Source of the DNA: Candidatus Levybacteria bacterium RIFCSPHIGHO2_02_FULL_40_18
GTDB taxonomy: Bacteria; Patescibacteriota; Microgenomatia; Levybacterales; GWA1-39-11
Direction of reading: 5' to 3'
DNA length: 64,000 nucleotides
Assembly: GCA_001782235.1 (NCBI GenBank)
Contig: MFOC01000007.1
Coordinates: 251,909 to 315,908 of the forward strand
The notes below the pieces were generated by a model, which was given only the letters and a program-made list of their open reading frames with translations, was not told the origin of the DNA and made no database searches. A program made the position numbers and the translations under genes. Positions 16,968-26,357 of the stretch are shown one piece after another; within the stretch, counting starts at the first letter, position 1; the number at the start of each line of letters is the position of its first letter.

Positions 16968-17954
16968 ATGAAAAAGGTCGTTGTGATTGGTGGTGGAACC
17001 GGGACATATACTGTCCTTTTATCACTTCGTCACAAGCCGTACGAGATCACCGCGCTTCTTACGATGGTAGACGACGGTGGATCGAATAAAGTCCTAAGAG
17101 ACGAGTTCGGTTTGCTTCCGACTTCTGGTGTAAGACTTGCAATGGTTGCACTTTCTTCAAGACCTTCTCTTTTGCGAGAGCTTTTTTTATATCGATATCA
17201 CAAGGGACAGGGGATAAGTGGAATGACATTCGGGAATCTTTTTTTGGCAGCAGTAGCTGATATTGCAGGATCACAAGAAAAAGCAATCGAACAGACGTCT
17301 GAAATTTTAAAAGTAAAGGGTAAAATTCTTCCAATTTCTCATGAAGATGTCCGCCTTGTCGCTCAATACGAAAATGGACTTGAGGTTGTAGGAGAACATC
17401 AAATAGATGAACCCGAGCACGACGGAAAACTTAGGATAAAAAAGCTTTTTACTCGTCCTGCTGCAACTATAACTGAGAAGGCACGGGAAGAAATACTTAA
17501 TGCCGATGCTATTATCTTGGGCCCGGGAGATTTTTACACAAATACAATTGCAAACCTAGTAGTTAGTGGTGTTGTTGATGCGTTACTTGGGTCGAAAGCT
17601 CAGATTATTTTTATCATGAATTTGATGACTAAATATGGTGAGGCTTACAATTACCGCGCATCAACGTATTTTGAGGATCTTGTGCAGTATATGCCCGTTG
17701 AGCGAATCAACACTGTTTTATTAAATAATGATATGAAATTTCCTCCTGGAGCACTTGGGAAATATGAAGATGAACATTCAATTCCCGTGATGGACGATTT
17801 GGACGGACTATATCCGAATATGAAAGTCGTGCGGGCGCCTATTCTTTCAAGAAAAGAAGCAGATCCGCAAAAAGGAGACGTACTGAAAAGAAGCATGATT
17901 CGCCATGATTACAAAAAACTCGCAAAAGTTTTAGGCGAACTCATCGGCGAATGA
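16968..17954 (+). CDS. yvcK: YvcK/CofD-like gluconeogenesis factor family protein (UPF0052)
   Basis: N-terminal VVVIGGGTG..MVDDGGSN motif typical of YvcK/CofD. Confidence 0.65.
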   Translation: MKKVVVIGGGTGTYTVLLSLRHKPYEITALLTMVDDGGSNKVLRDEFGLLPTSGVRLAMVALSSRPSLLRELFLYRYHKGQGISGMTFGNLFLAAVADIAGSQEKAIEQTSEILKVKGKILPISHEDVRLVAQYENGLEVVGEHQIDEPEHDGKLRIKKLFTRPAATITEKAREEILNADAIILGPGDFYTNTIANLVVSGVVDALLGSKAQIIFIMNLMTKYGEAYNYRASTYFEDLVQYMPVERINTVLLNNDMKFPPGALGKYEDEHSIPVMDDLDGLYPNMKVVRAPILSRKEADPQKGDVLKRSMIRHDYKKLAKVLGELIGE

Positions 17955-18013
17955 ACAAGAAAACGAAGGCAGCAGAGATTACCGGCAAATAAATTTGAAA
18001 CAGGAAATCGGCT

Positions 18014-18138
18014 TAGAAAATAGTTATTAGAAAACAGAAATTAGTAATGGAAAGTAGAAAATAGAAAACAGTTTTAAGGAGCCAATTTCCAATATCTAAT
18101 TTCCATACCATTTTCCAATTTCTCATAACCAATTTCTT
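18014..18138. repeat. MITE-like inverted-repeat element, copy B, ending 3 nt before the nth ATG
   Basis: Same arms as copies A, C and D. Confidence 0.6.
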
Positions 18139-18140
18139 CA

Positions 18141-18782
18141 ATGGATACTAAGATTAAAGCGCTAAGGATTACTCGTGAATTAAAAAAACTTTTTCCTACC
18201 ACAAAGACTGCATTAGAATATAAAACAGCTTTTCAATTATTGGTTGCGGTTGTTTTATCAGCGCAGACGACTGATAAAAAAGTAAACGAGGTAACTTCAC
18301 GCTTGTTCGCTAAGTTTAAGACAGCGCAGGACTTTTCGAAACTCTCTCAATCAGAACTCGAACCGTATATAAAAAGCATTGGCCTATATCGCGGGAAGGC
18401 AAAAAATATAATTGCGGGGGCAAAAGTTATTTCGGAGAAATACGACGGTGAAATTCCTCGTTCGATGAAAGAAATGACAGCGCTTCCTGGGGTGGGACGC
18501 AAAACCGCAAATGTTGTTTTGGGAATGGTTCATGGTGTGGTCGAAGGAATTGCGGTTGATACACATGTTCGTCGCCTTGCTCAGTTGTTCGGCCTCTCGA
18601 AAAGTTCGAATCCCGACATTATAGAACGCGATCTTATGTCGATTCTCCCAAAAAAAGAATGGCGGGAATTCACATTTCGCATGATCGACTATGGCCGCAA
18701 ATATTGCCCCGCCTCCTGCAAACATATAAACTGCCCACTTCGAAAATATATTACTCGTTACTCGACTCGAGAGCGAGAGTAG
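18141..18782 (+). CDS. nth: endonuclease III (HhH-GPD DNA glycosylase)
   Basis: HhH motif LPGVGRKTANVVL. C-terminal Cys cluster CPASCKHINC has only 3 Cys visible. Confidence 0.8.
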   Translation: MDTKIKALRITRELKKLFPTTKTALEYKTAFQLLVAVVLSAQTTDKKVNEVTSRLFAKFKTAQDFSKLSQSELEPYIKSIGLYRGKAKNIIAGAKVISEKYDGEIPRSMKEMTALPGVGRKTANVVLGMVHGVVEGIAVDTHVRRLAQLFGLSKSSNPDIIERDLMSILPKKEWREFTFRMIDYGRKYCPASCKHINCPLRKYITRYSTRERE

Positions 18783-19584
18783 GTGGGAAGCTAATCCACC
18801 CTCCAGGTGTACTAGCTTGACACCCTTTCTTTTTTCCTGCAAACTCTATATATGGCAACCAATAGGCGCTTGGTGTTTAGCAACGGATACATCTATCATA
18901 TCTTTAATCGCGGCATAGATAGACGCAGCGTCTTCACGGGATTTCGGGAATACTTAAGAGCACAAGAGTTAATAGAGTTTTATAAACATCTCGAAACCCC
19001 CGTAAGATATTCAAAATTTCTGCAACTGTCGAAAAGTCTCAGAGATGATGTGTTAAGAGAGATTAATAAGAGCGAGACACAGGTTGATATTTTAGCCTAT
19101 TGTCTTATGCCAAATCATTTTCATTTTATGCTCCAGCAAAAGGTAGACAAAGGGGTCTCTACTTTTATTGCAAACTTTACGAACGCTTATACAAGGTATT
19201 TTAATACTAAGCATGAGAGGATAGGCCCCATGTTTGAAGGAATATTTAAAGCTGTGTTAGTTGAAAGCGATGAACAATTAATTCATCTCTCTCGGTATAT
19301 ACACCTCAACCCGGTTGTATCAAGTATTATTAACGAATCAGACCTCAACAATTATAAGTGGTCTTCGTATCATGAATATATCGCCCCCTCAAAAAACAGC
19401 ACCGTTTCTAAGAGGGATCTGGTTATGTCAATGTTTGAATCTGCAAAACATTACGAGAAATTTGTTCTTGATCAAATTGAATATGGTAAGAAACTCGAGA
19501 TAATCAAGCATTTAACATTAGAATAGTCGCGTTTAAATAAATGAGGTAAAGAGTATGTGGCAAGCTAATCCACCCTCCAGGTGT
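18783..19584 (+). mobile_element. IS200/IS605-family-like insertion (tnpA only) bounded by 28-bp direct repeats
   Basis: GTGGGAAGCTAATCCACCCTCCAGGTGT at 18783-18810 and GTGGCAAGCTAATCCACCCTCCAGGTGT at 19557-19584 (27/28 identical). Each carries short hairpin potential. The repeats flank a Y1 HUH transposase gene, and the left one starts 1 nt after the nth stop. Confidence 0.6.
18852..19526 (+). CDS. tnpA: Y1 HUH transposase (IS200/IS605 TnpA / RAYT-like)
   Basis: HUH motif YCLMPNHFHFML, catalytic Tyr motif YIHLNPV and N-terminal YHIFNRG. Confidence 0.7.
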   Translation: MATNRRLVFSNGYIYHIFNRGIDRRSVFTGFREYLRAQELIEFYKHLETPVRYSKFLQLSKSLRDDVLREINKSETQVDILAYCLMPNHFHFMLQQKVDKGVSTFIANFTNAYTRYFNTKHERIGPMFEGIFKAVLVESDEQLIHLSRYIHLNPVVSSIINESDLNNYKWSSYHEYIAPSKNSTVSKRDLVMSMFESAKHYEKFVLDQIEYGKKLEIIKHLTLE

Positions 19585-19597
19585 CAGCATATCAGCA

Positions 19598-19693
19598 TTT
19601 GCCTATAGAATGATCGACTACGGCCGAGTCTACTGTCCTGCAACTTGTCGCCACAACGATTGCCCTCTCAGAAAGTTTATAAATAAAAAATAA
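19598..19693 (+). pseudogene. diverged duplicate of the nth 3' end (encodes ..FAYRMIDYGRVYCPATCRHNDCPLRKFINKK*)
   Basis: About 70% nt identity to nth codons at 18690-18782. Lies just right of the element's right repeat. The frame opens only 2 codons before the homologous segment. Confidence 0.55.
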
Positions 19694-19738
19694 TTCGAAC
19701 CTGTTCGTGCTTGCGAATACGTTTGCCGAAGGGCTATA

Positions 19739-21589
19739 ATGGTTGAGCGTATGAAAGCAGGACAAATCGTTGATGAATACATAAAATTTTTCGAAGAACG
19801 TGGGCATGTTAGAATTTCAAATTCGCCTCTGGTTCCTGAGAATGATCCAACTACGTTATTTACGTCTTCCGGCATGCAGCCGCTCGTTCCATATCTTTTG
19901 GGAGAACCGCACCCTCAAGGAAAAAGGTTAGTTAATGTTCAGAATTCATTTCGCGCGCAAGACATAGATGAAATAGGCGATAATCGGCATACAACATTTT
20001 TCAGAATGTTGGGGAATTGGTCGCTCGGCGATTATTTTAAAAAAGAAGAAATCCCATGGCTCTTTGAATTTTTAACCAAAAAGTTAAATATAAATCCTGC
20101 AAAACTATACGTGACTGTGTTCGATGGATTCGAAAAAATAAAACGCGATATTGAATCAGAAAAAATATGGCGGACATTGTTCGAATCCGTGAATTTAAAT
20201 CCTGACGAACGTACTTTCTTTTATGGAGCTGATAAGAATTGGTGGTCTCGCGCCGGCGAACCAAAAGATATGCCGGTTGGCGAGCCGGGAGGTCCGGACA
20301 CAGAAGTATTTTATCAATTTGATGTTTCGCACGATGAAAAATTCGGAAAAACTTGTCATCCAAACTGTCAATGCGGGAGATTTTTGGAGATTGCGAATTC
20401 TGTTTTTATGCAATACAAAAAAACCAAAAATGGGTTCGAAGAATTGCCGCAAAAAAATGTTGACTTTGGAGGAGGCCTTGAGAGACTTATTGCAGCAACT
20501 GAAAACCAGCAGGATATTTTCCAAACTTCTTTATTCGCGCCAATTATTACGACCATCGAAAACACAACCGCCAAGAATTATGCTTTGAATCAAAAGGAAA
20601 TGAGAGTAGTCGCCGACCACATGATCGCATCGGTATTTATAATAGCAAACAATGTTCGACCCTCTAATAAAGAACAGGGGTACATATTGCGAAGACTCCT
20701 GCGGAGAAGTTTTGATAATTTTGATTTGTTGAACGGCGAGGATATCAATTCGGTCCTTGAAAAAATTATTGATCAATACAAAGATACGGATGACTATCTG
20801 GTCGAGAAATTCGCGTTAATTAAAAACGTTATTCTTGAAGAAGGACAAACTTACAAAAGAACATTATCGGAAGCAAAAAAATTTATCCGCAAGAAATACC
20901 CTTCGACAGGCTCAGAGCGAGCTGGATCAATGGACGAGATAAAAGGAACGACCGAAATCTCAGCTGAGGATGCGTTTTCATTATATACGTCGCATGGTCT
21001 TTCGCCCACTCAAATAGAAAGCTTAGGTTTTACTTTCGATCGTCAAAAATTTGCTGGTTTGATGGGAAAACATCAAAAAATTTCTCGCGCCGGGGCAAAA
21101 ACAAAGTTTGCCGGAGGCCTTGCTGACCATTCGGAGGCAACAATTAAAGGTCATACTGCTACACACCTTATGCATCAAGCTCTTCGAGACGTATTGGGGA
21201 ATCAAGTTCATCAAACAGGTTCGAATATCACAAGCGAACGCGTTCGTTTCGATTTTAATTTTGAAAGGAAGTTGACAGAAGAGGAACGTCGTAAGGTAGA
21301 AGAAATAGTTCGGCAAAGAATAAAAGAAAATCTTCCGGTTCATTTTGAGATAATGCCCTTGTCGAAGGCAAAAGAAATTGGGGCGATCGGATTATTTGAT
21401 GAAAAGTATCAGGAGAAGGTGAAGGTATATTTTGTGGGGGGTCCCGAACCTGGTTTGGATAAGGCCTATTCGGTGGAGTTCTGTGGAGGTCCTCACGTGC
21501 GTTTTACAGGCGAGATCAAAAGTTTTAAAATAATAAAGGAGGAGAGTCTTGGTAAAAACAACAGACGAATATACGCAGAAGTCGAATAA
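19739..21589 (+). CDS. alaS: alanine--tRNA ligase, compact form without C-Ala domain
   Basis: N-terminal class II AlaRS core (GDNRHTTFFRMLGNWSLGDYFK). Editing-domain motifs TATHLMHQAL and CGGPHV. 616 aa. Confidence 0.8.
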   Translation: MVERMKAGQIVDEYIKFFEERGHVRISNSPLVPENDPTTLFTSSGMQPLVPYLLGEPHPQGKRLVNVQNSFRAQDIDEIGDNRHTTFFRMLGNWSLGDYFKKEEIPWLFEFLTKKLNINPAKLYVTVFDGFEKIKRDIESEKIWRTLFESVNLNPDERTFFYGADKNWWSRAGEPKDMPVGEPGGPDTEVFYQFDVSHDEKFGKTCHPNCQCGRFLEIANSVFMQYKKTKNGFEELPQKNVDFGGGLERLIAATENQQDIFQTSLFAPIITTIENTTAKNYALNQKEMRVVADHMIASVFIIANNVRPSNKEQGYILRRLLRRSFDNFDLLNGEDINSVLEKIIDQYKDTDDYLVEKFALIKNVILEEGQTYKRTLSEAKKFIRKKYPSTGSERAGSMDEIKGTTEISAEDAFSLYTSHGLSPTQIESLGFTFDRQKFAGLMGKHQKISRAGAKTKFAGGLADHSEATIKGHTATHLMHQALRDVLGNQVHQTGSNITSERVRFDFNFERKLTEEERRKVEEIVRQRIKENLPVHFEIMPLSKAKEIGAIGLFDEKYQEKVKVYFVGGPEPGLDKAYSVEFCGGPHVRFTGEIKSFKIIKEESLGKNNRRIYAEVE

Positions 21590-21670
21590 ATCAAAATGGT
21601 TACAATAGCTAGAATAGTCAAAATAGTTCAAAACATGTAGCCATTTAGCTATTTTAGCTATTTTAATTTT

Positions 21671-23920
21671 ATGCAGTTGCCTTTTATAAAGACTATAGAT
21701 AAGCAGAAAAATTTTTTTCTTTCACTCCTAATTAAACCGGACAAGGTAGGTGCAATTCTTTTTGAAGAAATCAATTCAAAGCTATTCATTTTATCCACAA
21801 ATGAAATCGATGCAGGAGAAGATACAAGTAAACTCTCGGAGGAAGAATTATTGTCGGCAGCAGATAAAGTTATTAGTTTTGTAGAAGGAAAATTACCCGA
21901 GGGCGCAGAAGTTGAAAAAACCATATTTTCCGTTCCGTACTATTGGGTTAGTGAAGCCTCCGGCCCAGAGGGCCTCCGGCCCGGCGGGGGAAAGATACTC
22001 CAAGAATACCTGGATAAACTTAAAAAAATATGTAAAGATTTGGGTCTTGTCCCTATCGGCTACATAGTTTCAATAGAGGCAATTGTAGCTTTCCTTCAGA
22101 AAACAGAAGGCGCTCCGGTCTCGGGAATATTTATTGAAGTAACTCAGAATAAAGTATTGCTGTATGTTGTCAGAGCCGGAAAGGTAATTGAGGAAAAGCA
22201 AAGTGACATAGAAGAAAGCATTATTAAGACCTCCGAAAAGTTATTGCAAGAGGTGCAATCAGTTGATGTTTTGCCTTCAAAAATAATTCTTCTTGACTAT
22301 AAAGACGGCTCGTCGGTCCAGCAGGAATTTTTATCACATCAATGGGCACGCGAAATTCCTTTTCTTCATCTGCCCCAAGTAATGATGCTTGAGCGCGGAT
22401 TTGAGAATGAAGCGATTATAAATGGTGTCGCCACACAAATGGAACTTGAAGTTTTGCATGATGTTACGGCGGGGAAAGCGGAAGCCTTGAAGGAAGATTT
22501 AGAATATGTAGAAGCCAAGGATTTTGGATTTATTAAAGAAGGTGAAGATAAAGAGGACAAAGGAGAGAAGAGACATGAGGGAGAATCGGAGGATTTGAAA
22601 AAAGTATCAAAAAAATCGGGGAAAAAAGAGGAGGAAGAGCCAAATATTTCCTACTTTAAAGAAGGGGAAGACCTTCCGGCAGAAATCCCGAAAGATGAAC
22701 AAGATTTACCATCGAAAATTAAAATACCCGTTTCTCTTGATTTGATATTTTCTCCGATTCGAAATTTTAGAATTCCTAAAGGATTGCCTGGACCGCTGAA
22801 ATATAAGTTAATAATTGTGCTTTTTGGAGTTTTACTTTCAGCCTTTTTTGCTTCATTTATCTATTATAACCTTGTTTTAAGAGCAGAGATTAAAATTATG
22901 TCAGACAAAAAAAGCATTGATAAGAATCAAAACGTACTTTTCTCTCGCGATTCGACAGAAGGTACAAATATAAACATCGAAGTTGCGCAAGAAACAATAA
23001 CCGGCTCGGAACAGAAGAATTCAACAGGGAAAAAAGAAACAGGGGACCGCGCTAAAGGAGAAATAACGCTTTATAATAAAACAGAGCAGAAAAAGACTTT
23101 CTCTAAAGAGACAATTATTATCGGCCCTAATGATTTAGAATTTGAGCTTACCGAAGAAGTTAACATTGCCTCAACAAGTCCTTTCTCAACCTCTCTGTCA
23201 AGCGCAAAGGGCAAAGTTATAGCAAGTACCTTTGGGAAAGAATATAACCTCCCGTCAAACACAAACTTCACAATTAAAGGGTTTTCCTCAGCTCAGTTTA
23301 TTGGTAAAAACACTGATAGTATCTCTGGCGGAACAAAAAAAGAAACAACGGTTGTTTCTTCAGAGGATCTTGAGGAATTACTTTCGGAAGTAAATGAGAA
23401 ACTTGAGCGCGAAGCAATTCAAAAAGCGCAAAGTTCGCTTTCTTCCGAGCAAGAAATTCTTTCAAAGGCATTATCGAGCGAGGTTTTAGAAAGAAAGTAC
23501 ACAAAAAAAGAGGGTGAAGAGGCAGGTTCCGTTGGGATCTCTGCAAAAATTAAATACTCTATTGGCAGGTATAAGAAGAGCGACATAGAGAACGTTGTTG
23601 AATCTTTATCACGGCCGGACATACCAGGAACGTATGCTTTAGTCGGGAGCGATTCAAAAGTAGAGATAACAAGCATAAAAATAGGTAAAGACAATAGTGC
23701 CCAGGCTCTTCTTAAGGTAAATGCAGTTTATACGCCGCAGATTGAAGGCGAAAAACTGGCAGAGTCGTTAAAAGGAAAAACTCAAGATGCGGCAGAGAAG
23801 CAAATAAAGAGCATAGCAGGCGTAACAGAAGTTGTTATAACATTTAAAAATAATCTTCCATTTATGCCGCTTGTCTTGCCTAACCAGGGGAAAAATATTT
23901 TAATAGAAGAAGAGTATTGA
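21671..23920 (+). CDS. large bitopic protein: cytoplasmic N-terminal domain (possibly actin-fold, PilM/FtsA-like), one TM helix, S/T/K-rich extracytoplasmic C-terminal domain
   Basis: 749 aa with a TM helix at ~IIVLFGVLLSAFFASFIYYNLVL. Carries the in-frame GC-rich insert encoding SGPEGLRPGGG. The fold assignment is weak. Confidence 0.5.
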   Translation: MQLPFIKTIDKQKNFFLSLLIKPDKVGAILFEEINSKLFILSTNEIDAGEDTSKLSEEELLSAADKVISFVEGKLPEGAEVEKTIFSVPYYWVSEASGPEGLRPGGGKILQEYLDKLKKICKDLGLVPIGYIVSIEAIVAFLQKTEGAPVSGIFIEVTQNKVLLYVVRAGKVIEEKQSDIEESIIKTSEKLLQEVQSVDVLPSKIILLDYKDGSSVQQEFLSHQWAREIPFLHLPQVMMLERGFENEAIINGVATQMELEVLHDVTAGKAEALKEDLEYVEAKDFGFIKEGEDKEDKGEKRHEGESEDLKKVSKKSGKKEEEEPNISYFKEGEDLPAEIPKDEQDLPSKIKIPVSLDLIFSPIRNFRIPKGLPGPLKYKLIIVLFGVLLSAFFASFIYYNLVLRAEIKIMSDKKSIDKNQNVLFSRDSTEGTNINIEVAQETITGSEQKNSTGKKETGDRAKGEITLYNKTEQKKTFSKETIIIGPNDLEFELTEEVNIASTSPFSTSLSSAKGKVIASTFGKEYNLPSNTNFTIKGFSSAQFIGKNTDSISGGTKKETTVVSSEDLEELLSEVNEKLEREAIQKAQSSLSSEQEILSKALSSEVLERKYTKKEGEEAGSVGISAKIKYSIGRYKKSDIENVVESLSRPDIPGTYALVGSDSKVEITSIKIGKDNSAQALLKVNAVYTPQIEGEKLAESLKGKTQDAAEKQIKSIAGVTEVVITFKNNLPFMPLVLPNQGKNILIEEEY
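21953..21992 (+). repeat. GC-rich in-frame mini-insert (family a)
   Basis: GCCTCCGGCCCAGAGGGCCTCCGGCCCGGCGGGGG. About 88% identical to 60438-60472 in infA. Confidence 0.6.
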
Positions 23921-23937
23921 ATAGTCTAACGGGATAA

Positions 23938-24747
23938 ATGGTTGCTTACTATATCAAAAAGAATAATTCTCAAAGGTCCTTCACGGCTTTACAGCCGGGA
24001 AGGCACTGGCAACTCCATGGTTTTCGCAAAGTTATAAAACTTGCAGGAATAGGATTTGTTCTTATTGGAGCTTCATTTTTTTTATATTTTTTCTTTCCGA
24101 TCCTCTCCTACCAATTTTTCTTGGCAAATGCTTCTCACTCCAAACAAATCGAAGTTCCAATCCCCAAATATTTAGTAGTTAATAAAAATAGCGATTTGGG
24201 AAGCCTTGTAGTATCCGGTATTACGTCTCTAACTTCCGATTTTACCGACGCAAGAAATTGGTATCCTAGTCTTCCTCCTGATAACGAAAGCCAAAAGATT
24301 AAGGTTGATTCATATCTTATTTCAATTCCCCGATTGAAAATCAAAGACGCAGAGGTTTCAACTCAAGACTATGATCTTGAAAAACACCTTGTCCAATACC
24401 TTGGCACGTCAATACCCGGAGAAAAAGGAACTGCCGTAATTTTTGGTCACTCAACGCTGCCGCAACTTTTTAATCCTAAAAACTATAAAACGATTTTCGC
24501 AACCGCCCATAAGCTAGAAATCGGAGACGAAGTGTTTATAAATGTACAGGGTGTTAATTATAAATATAAAATTTTTTCGATTGTTATAACCGATCCCGAG
24601 GATACAAACATTCTTTCCCAGTCATTTGACAATTCCTATATAACTCTTGTCACCTGCACGCCTCCCGGCACTACTTGGAAGAGATTAGTGATTAGAGCTT
24701 CGCTTGATTCGATCATCTCAAACACCGCGGCAAGCCAAATAAATTAA
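23938..24747 (+). CDS. sortase family transpeptidase
   Basis: TLVTCTPPG (TLxTC) active-site motif with upstream GH and downstream Arg. N-terminal membrane anchor. Confidence 0.65.
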   Translation: MVAYYIKKNNSQRSFTALQPGRHWQLHGFRKVIKLAGIGFVLIGASFFLYFFFPILSYQFFLANASHSKQIEVPIPKYLVVNKNSDLGSLVVSGITSLTSDFTDARNWYPSLPPDNESQKIKVDSYLISIPRLKIKDAEVSTQDYDLEKHLVQYLGTSIPGEKGTAVIFGHSTLPQLFNPKNYKTIFATAHKLEIGDEVFINVQGVNYKYKIFSIVITDPEDTNILSQSFDNSYITLVTCTPPGTTWKRLVIRASLDSIISNTAASQIN

Positions 24748-24759
24748 CGGGGAAAAGAT

Positions 24760-24963
24760 ATGGAAGAAGTCTCTTTTGGTCTTACTGACCAGGATCTGAA
24801 AAATCAAAAACTAAAATCAATATCTTCGACGATCAAAAATTTCCTGACATTGATTGGCCCAACAGTCATTCGCTGGGTCAATATTATAATTTACTACGTT
24901 ATTAAATTCATAAGAGCGGTTGTGGTAAACGTAATCCGAATGATACTAGGCAAAGAAGTCTAA
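24760..24963 (+). CDS. small hydrophobic protein
   Basis: 67-aa ORF with a TM-like C-terminal half. Confidence 0.3.
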   Translation: MEEVSFGLTDQDLKNQKLKSISSTIKNFLTLIGPTVIRWVNIIIYYVIKFIRAVVVNVIRMILGKEV

Positions 24964-25050
24964 TAAGTTTGTAAAGTTTATAAAGTTTTTAAGGTTTATA
25001 AAGTTATACTTTAAGAACTTTACGAACCTTATGAACCTTAAGAACTAATT

Positions 25051-26325
25051 ATGGATGAAAAGAATTTGGCGCTGGAGGCAATAAGAAAAAAATTGCTTGG
25101 CAAAAAGCTCTCATATAAAGAGATATATGCCGTTATGGATGAGATTGCAAAAGATAGGCTTGGGGATGTTTTGACAACTTATTTTGTTGCTTCAGGCTAT
25201 TCGGAAGGCTTTTCTGATGAGGAGTTGTACTATCTCACCCGCGCAATGGTTGAGACTGGCGAGACGCTTCACTTCCGCGGATTGGTTGCTGACAAGCATT
25301 CGATAGGCGGAGTTCCTGGGACCCGAGTCACATTGATAATCGTTCCAATTATTGCTTCCGCCGGATTTAAAATACCCAAAAGTTCATCACGGGCTATTAC
25401 CACTCCTGCGGGAACCGCAGACGCAATGGAAGTTCTTGCGCCCGTTGCTTTCACAAAAGAAAAAATTTACAAAATTGTAAAAAAAACAAACGCATGTATT
25501 GTCTGGGGAGGAAGTTTTAAAATTGCCCCCGCAGATGATGAAATTATAAAAATAGAGGAGCCGATTTTGTTTGAGAGCTATGACAAAATAGTTGTTTCCG
25601 TTATGGCAAAAAAAGTGGCATTTGGCGCAACCCATGTCGTAATAGATTTGCCATATGGTAAATCGGTAAAAATACATAGAGTTGAAGATGCGAAGATTTT
25701 AAAAAGAAAATTTCAATTCTTAGGAAAGAAATTTGACATGAAGATAGATTCATTTATTCATAGAGTTGATGGCCCGGCTGGAGATGGAATAGGGCCCTTG
25801 CTTGAGGCACGCGATTCATTAAAAGTGCTTGAGCAAACAAAGGATAGGCCAATTGAACTTGAGAAGCAGGCACTTTCTTTGGCCGCAAAACTTCTTGAAC
25901 TGGTGCTTTTAAACTCCCCTTCAAAAATTAAGTTGGGCTATAAAAAGAACTACAAAAACACAAGGGAATGGGCAAAGGATATTTTGGTAGACGGACGCGC
26001 CCACACGAAACTTTTAGAAATTATAGAAGCACAAGGGGGAAATTCTAAAATCAAGTCTTCTGATCTTGCCCCCGGAAAATATTGTTCTACACTTGAAGCG
26101 GGATTCAACGGAAAGGTCAGTGAGGTAATAAGCAAGAATATAACAACTATTGCAAGAATCCTTGGCGCACCAGAAGATAAACGCGCAGGAATAGTTCTTC
26201 ACAAAAAAGTAGGTCAAGAAGTTAAAAAGGGAGATGAGCTTGCCTGCCTTTATAGTGATAGCAAATACAAACTTCGTGAAGCTCAAGACACCCTAGACCT
26301 CTTCCCTATATTTGAAATCAAATAA
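25051..26325 (+). CDS. AMP/thymidine phosphorylase family protein (glycosyl transferase family 3)
   Basis: DKHSIGGVPGTRVTLIIVPIIAS matches the phosphate/ribose-binding region of AMP phosphorylase and DeoA. Confidence 0.6.
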   Translation: MDEKNLALEAIRKKLLGKKLSYKEIYAVMDEIAKDRLGDVLTTYFVASGYSEGFSDEELYYLTRAMVETGETLHFRGLVADKHSIGGVPGTRVTLIIVPIIASAGFKIPKSSSRAITTPAGTADAMEVLAPVAFTKEKIYKIVKKTNACIVWGGSFKIAPADDEIIKIEEPILFESYDKIVVSVMAKKVAFGATHVVIDLPYGKSVKIHRVEDAKILKRKFQFLGKKFDMKIDSFIHRVDGPAGDGIGPLLEARDSLKVLEQTKDRPIELEKQALSLAAKLLELVLLNSPSKIKLGYKKNYKNTREWAKDILVDGRAHTKLLEIIEAQGGNSKIKSSDLAPGKYCSTLEAGFNGKVSEVISKNITTIARILGAPEDKRAGIVLHKKVGQEVKKGDELACLYSDSKYKLREAQDTLDLFPIFEIK

Positions 26326-26357
26326 AGAACTCACCCCCGCTTTCTCCACCCCTGTTC

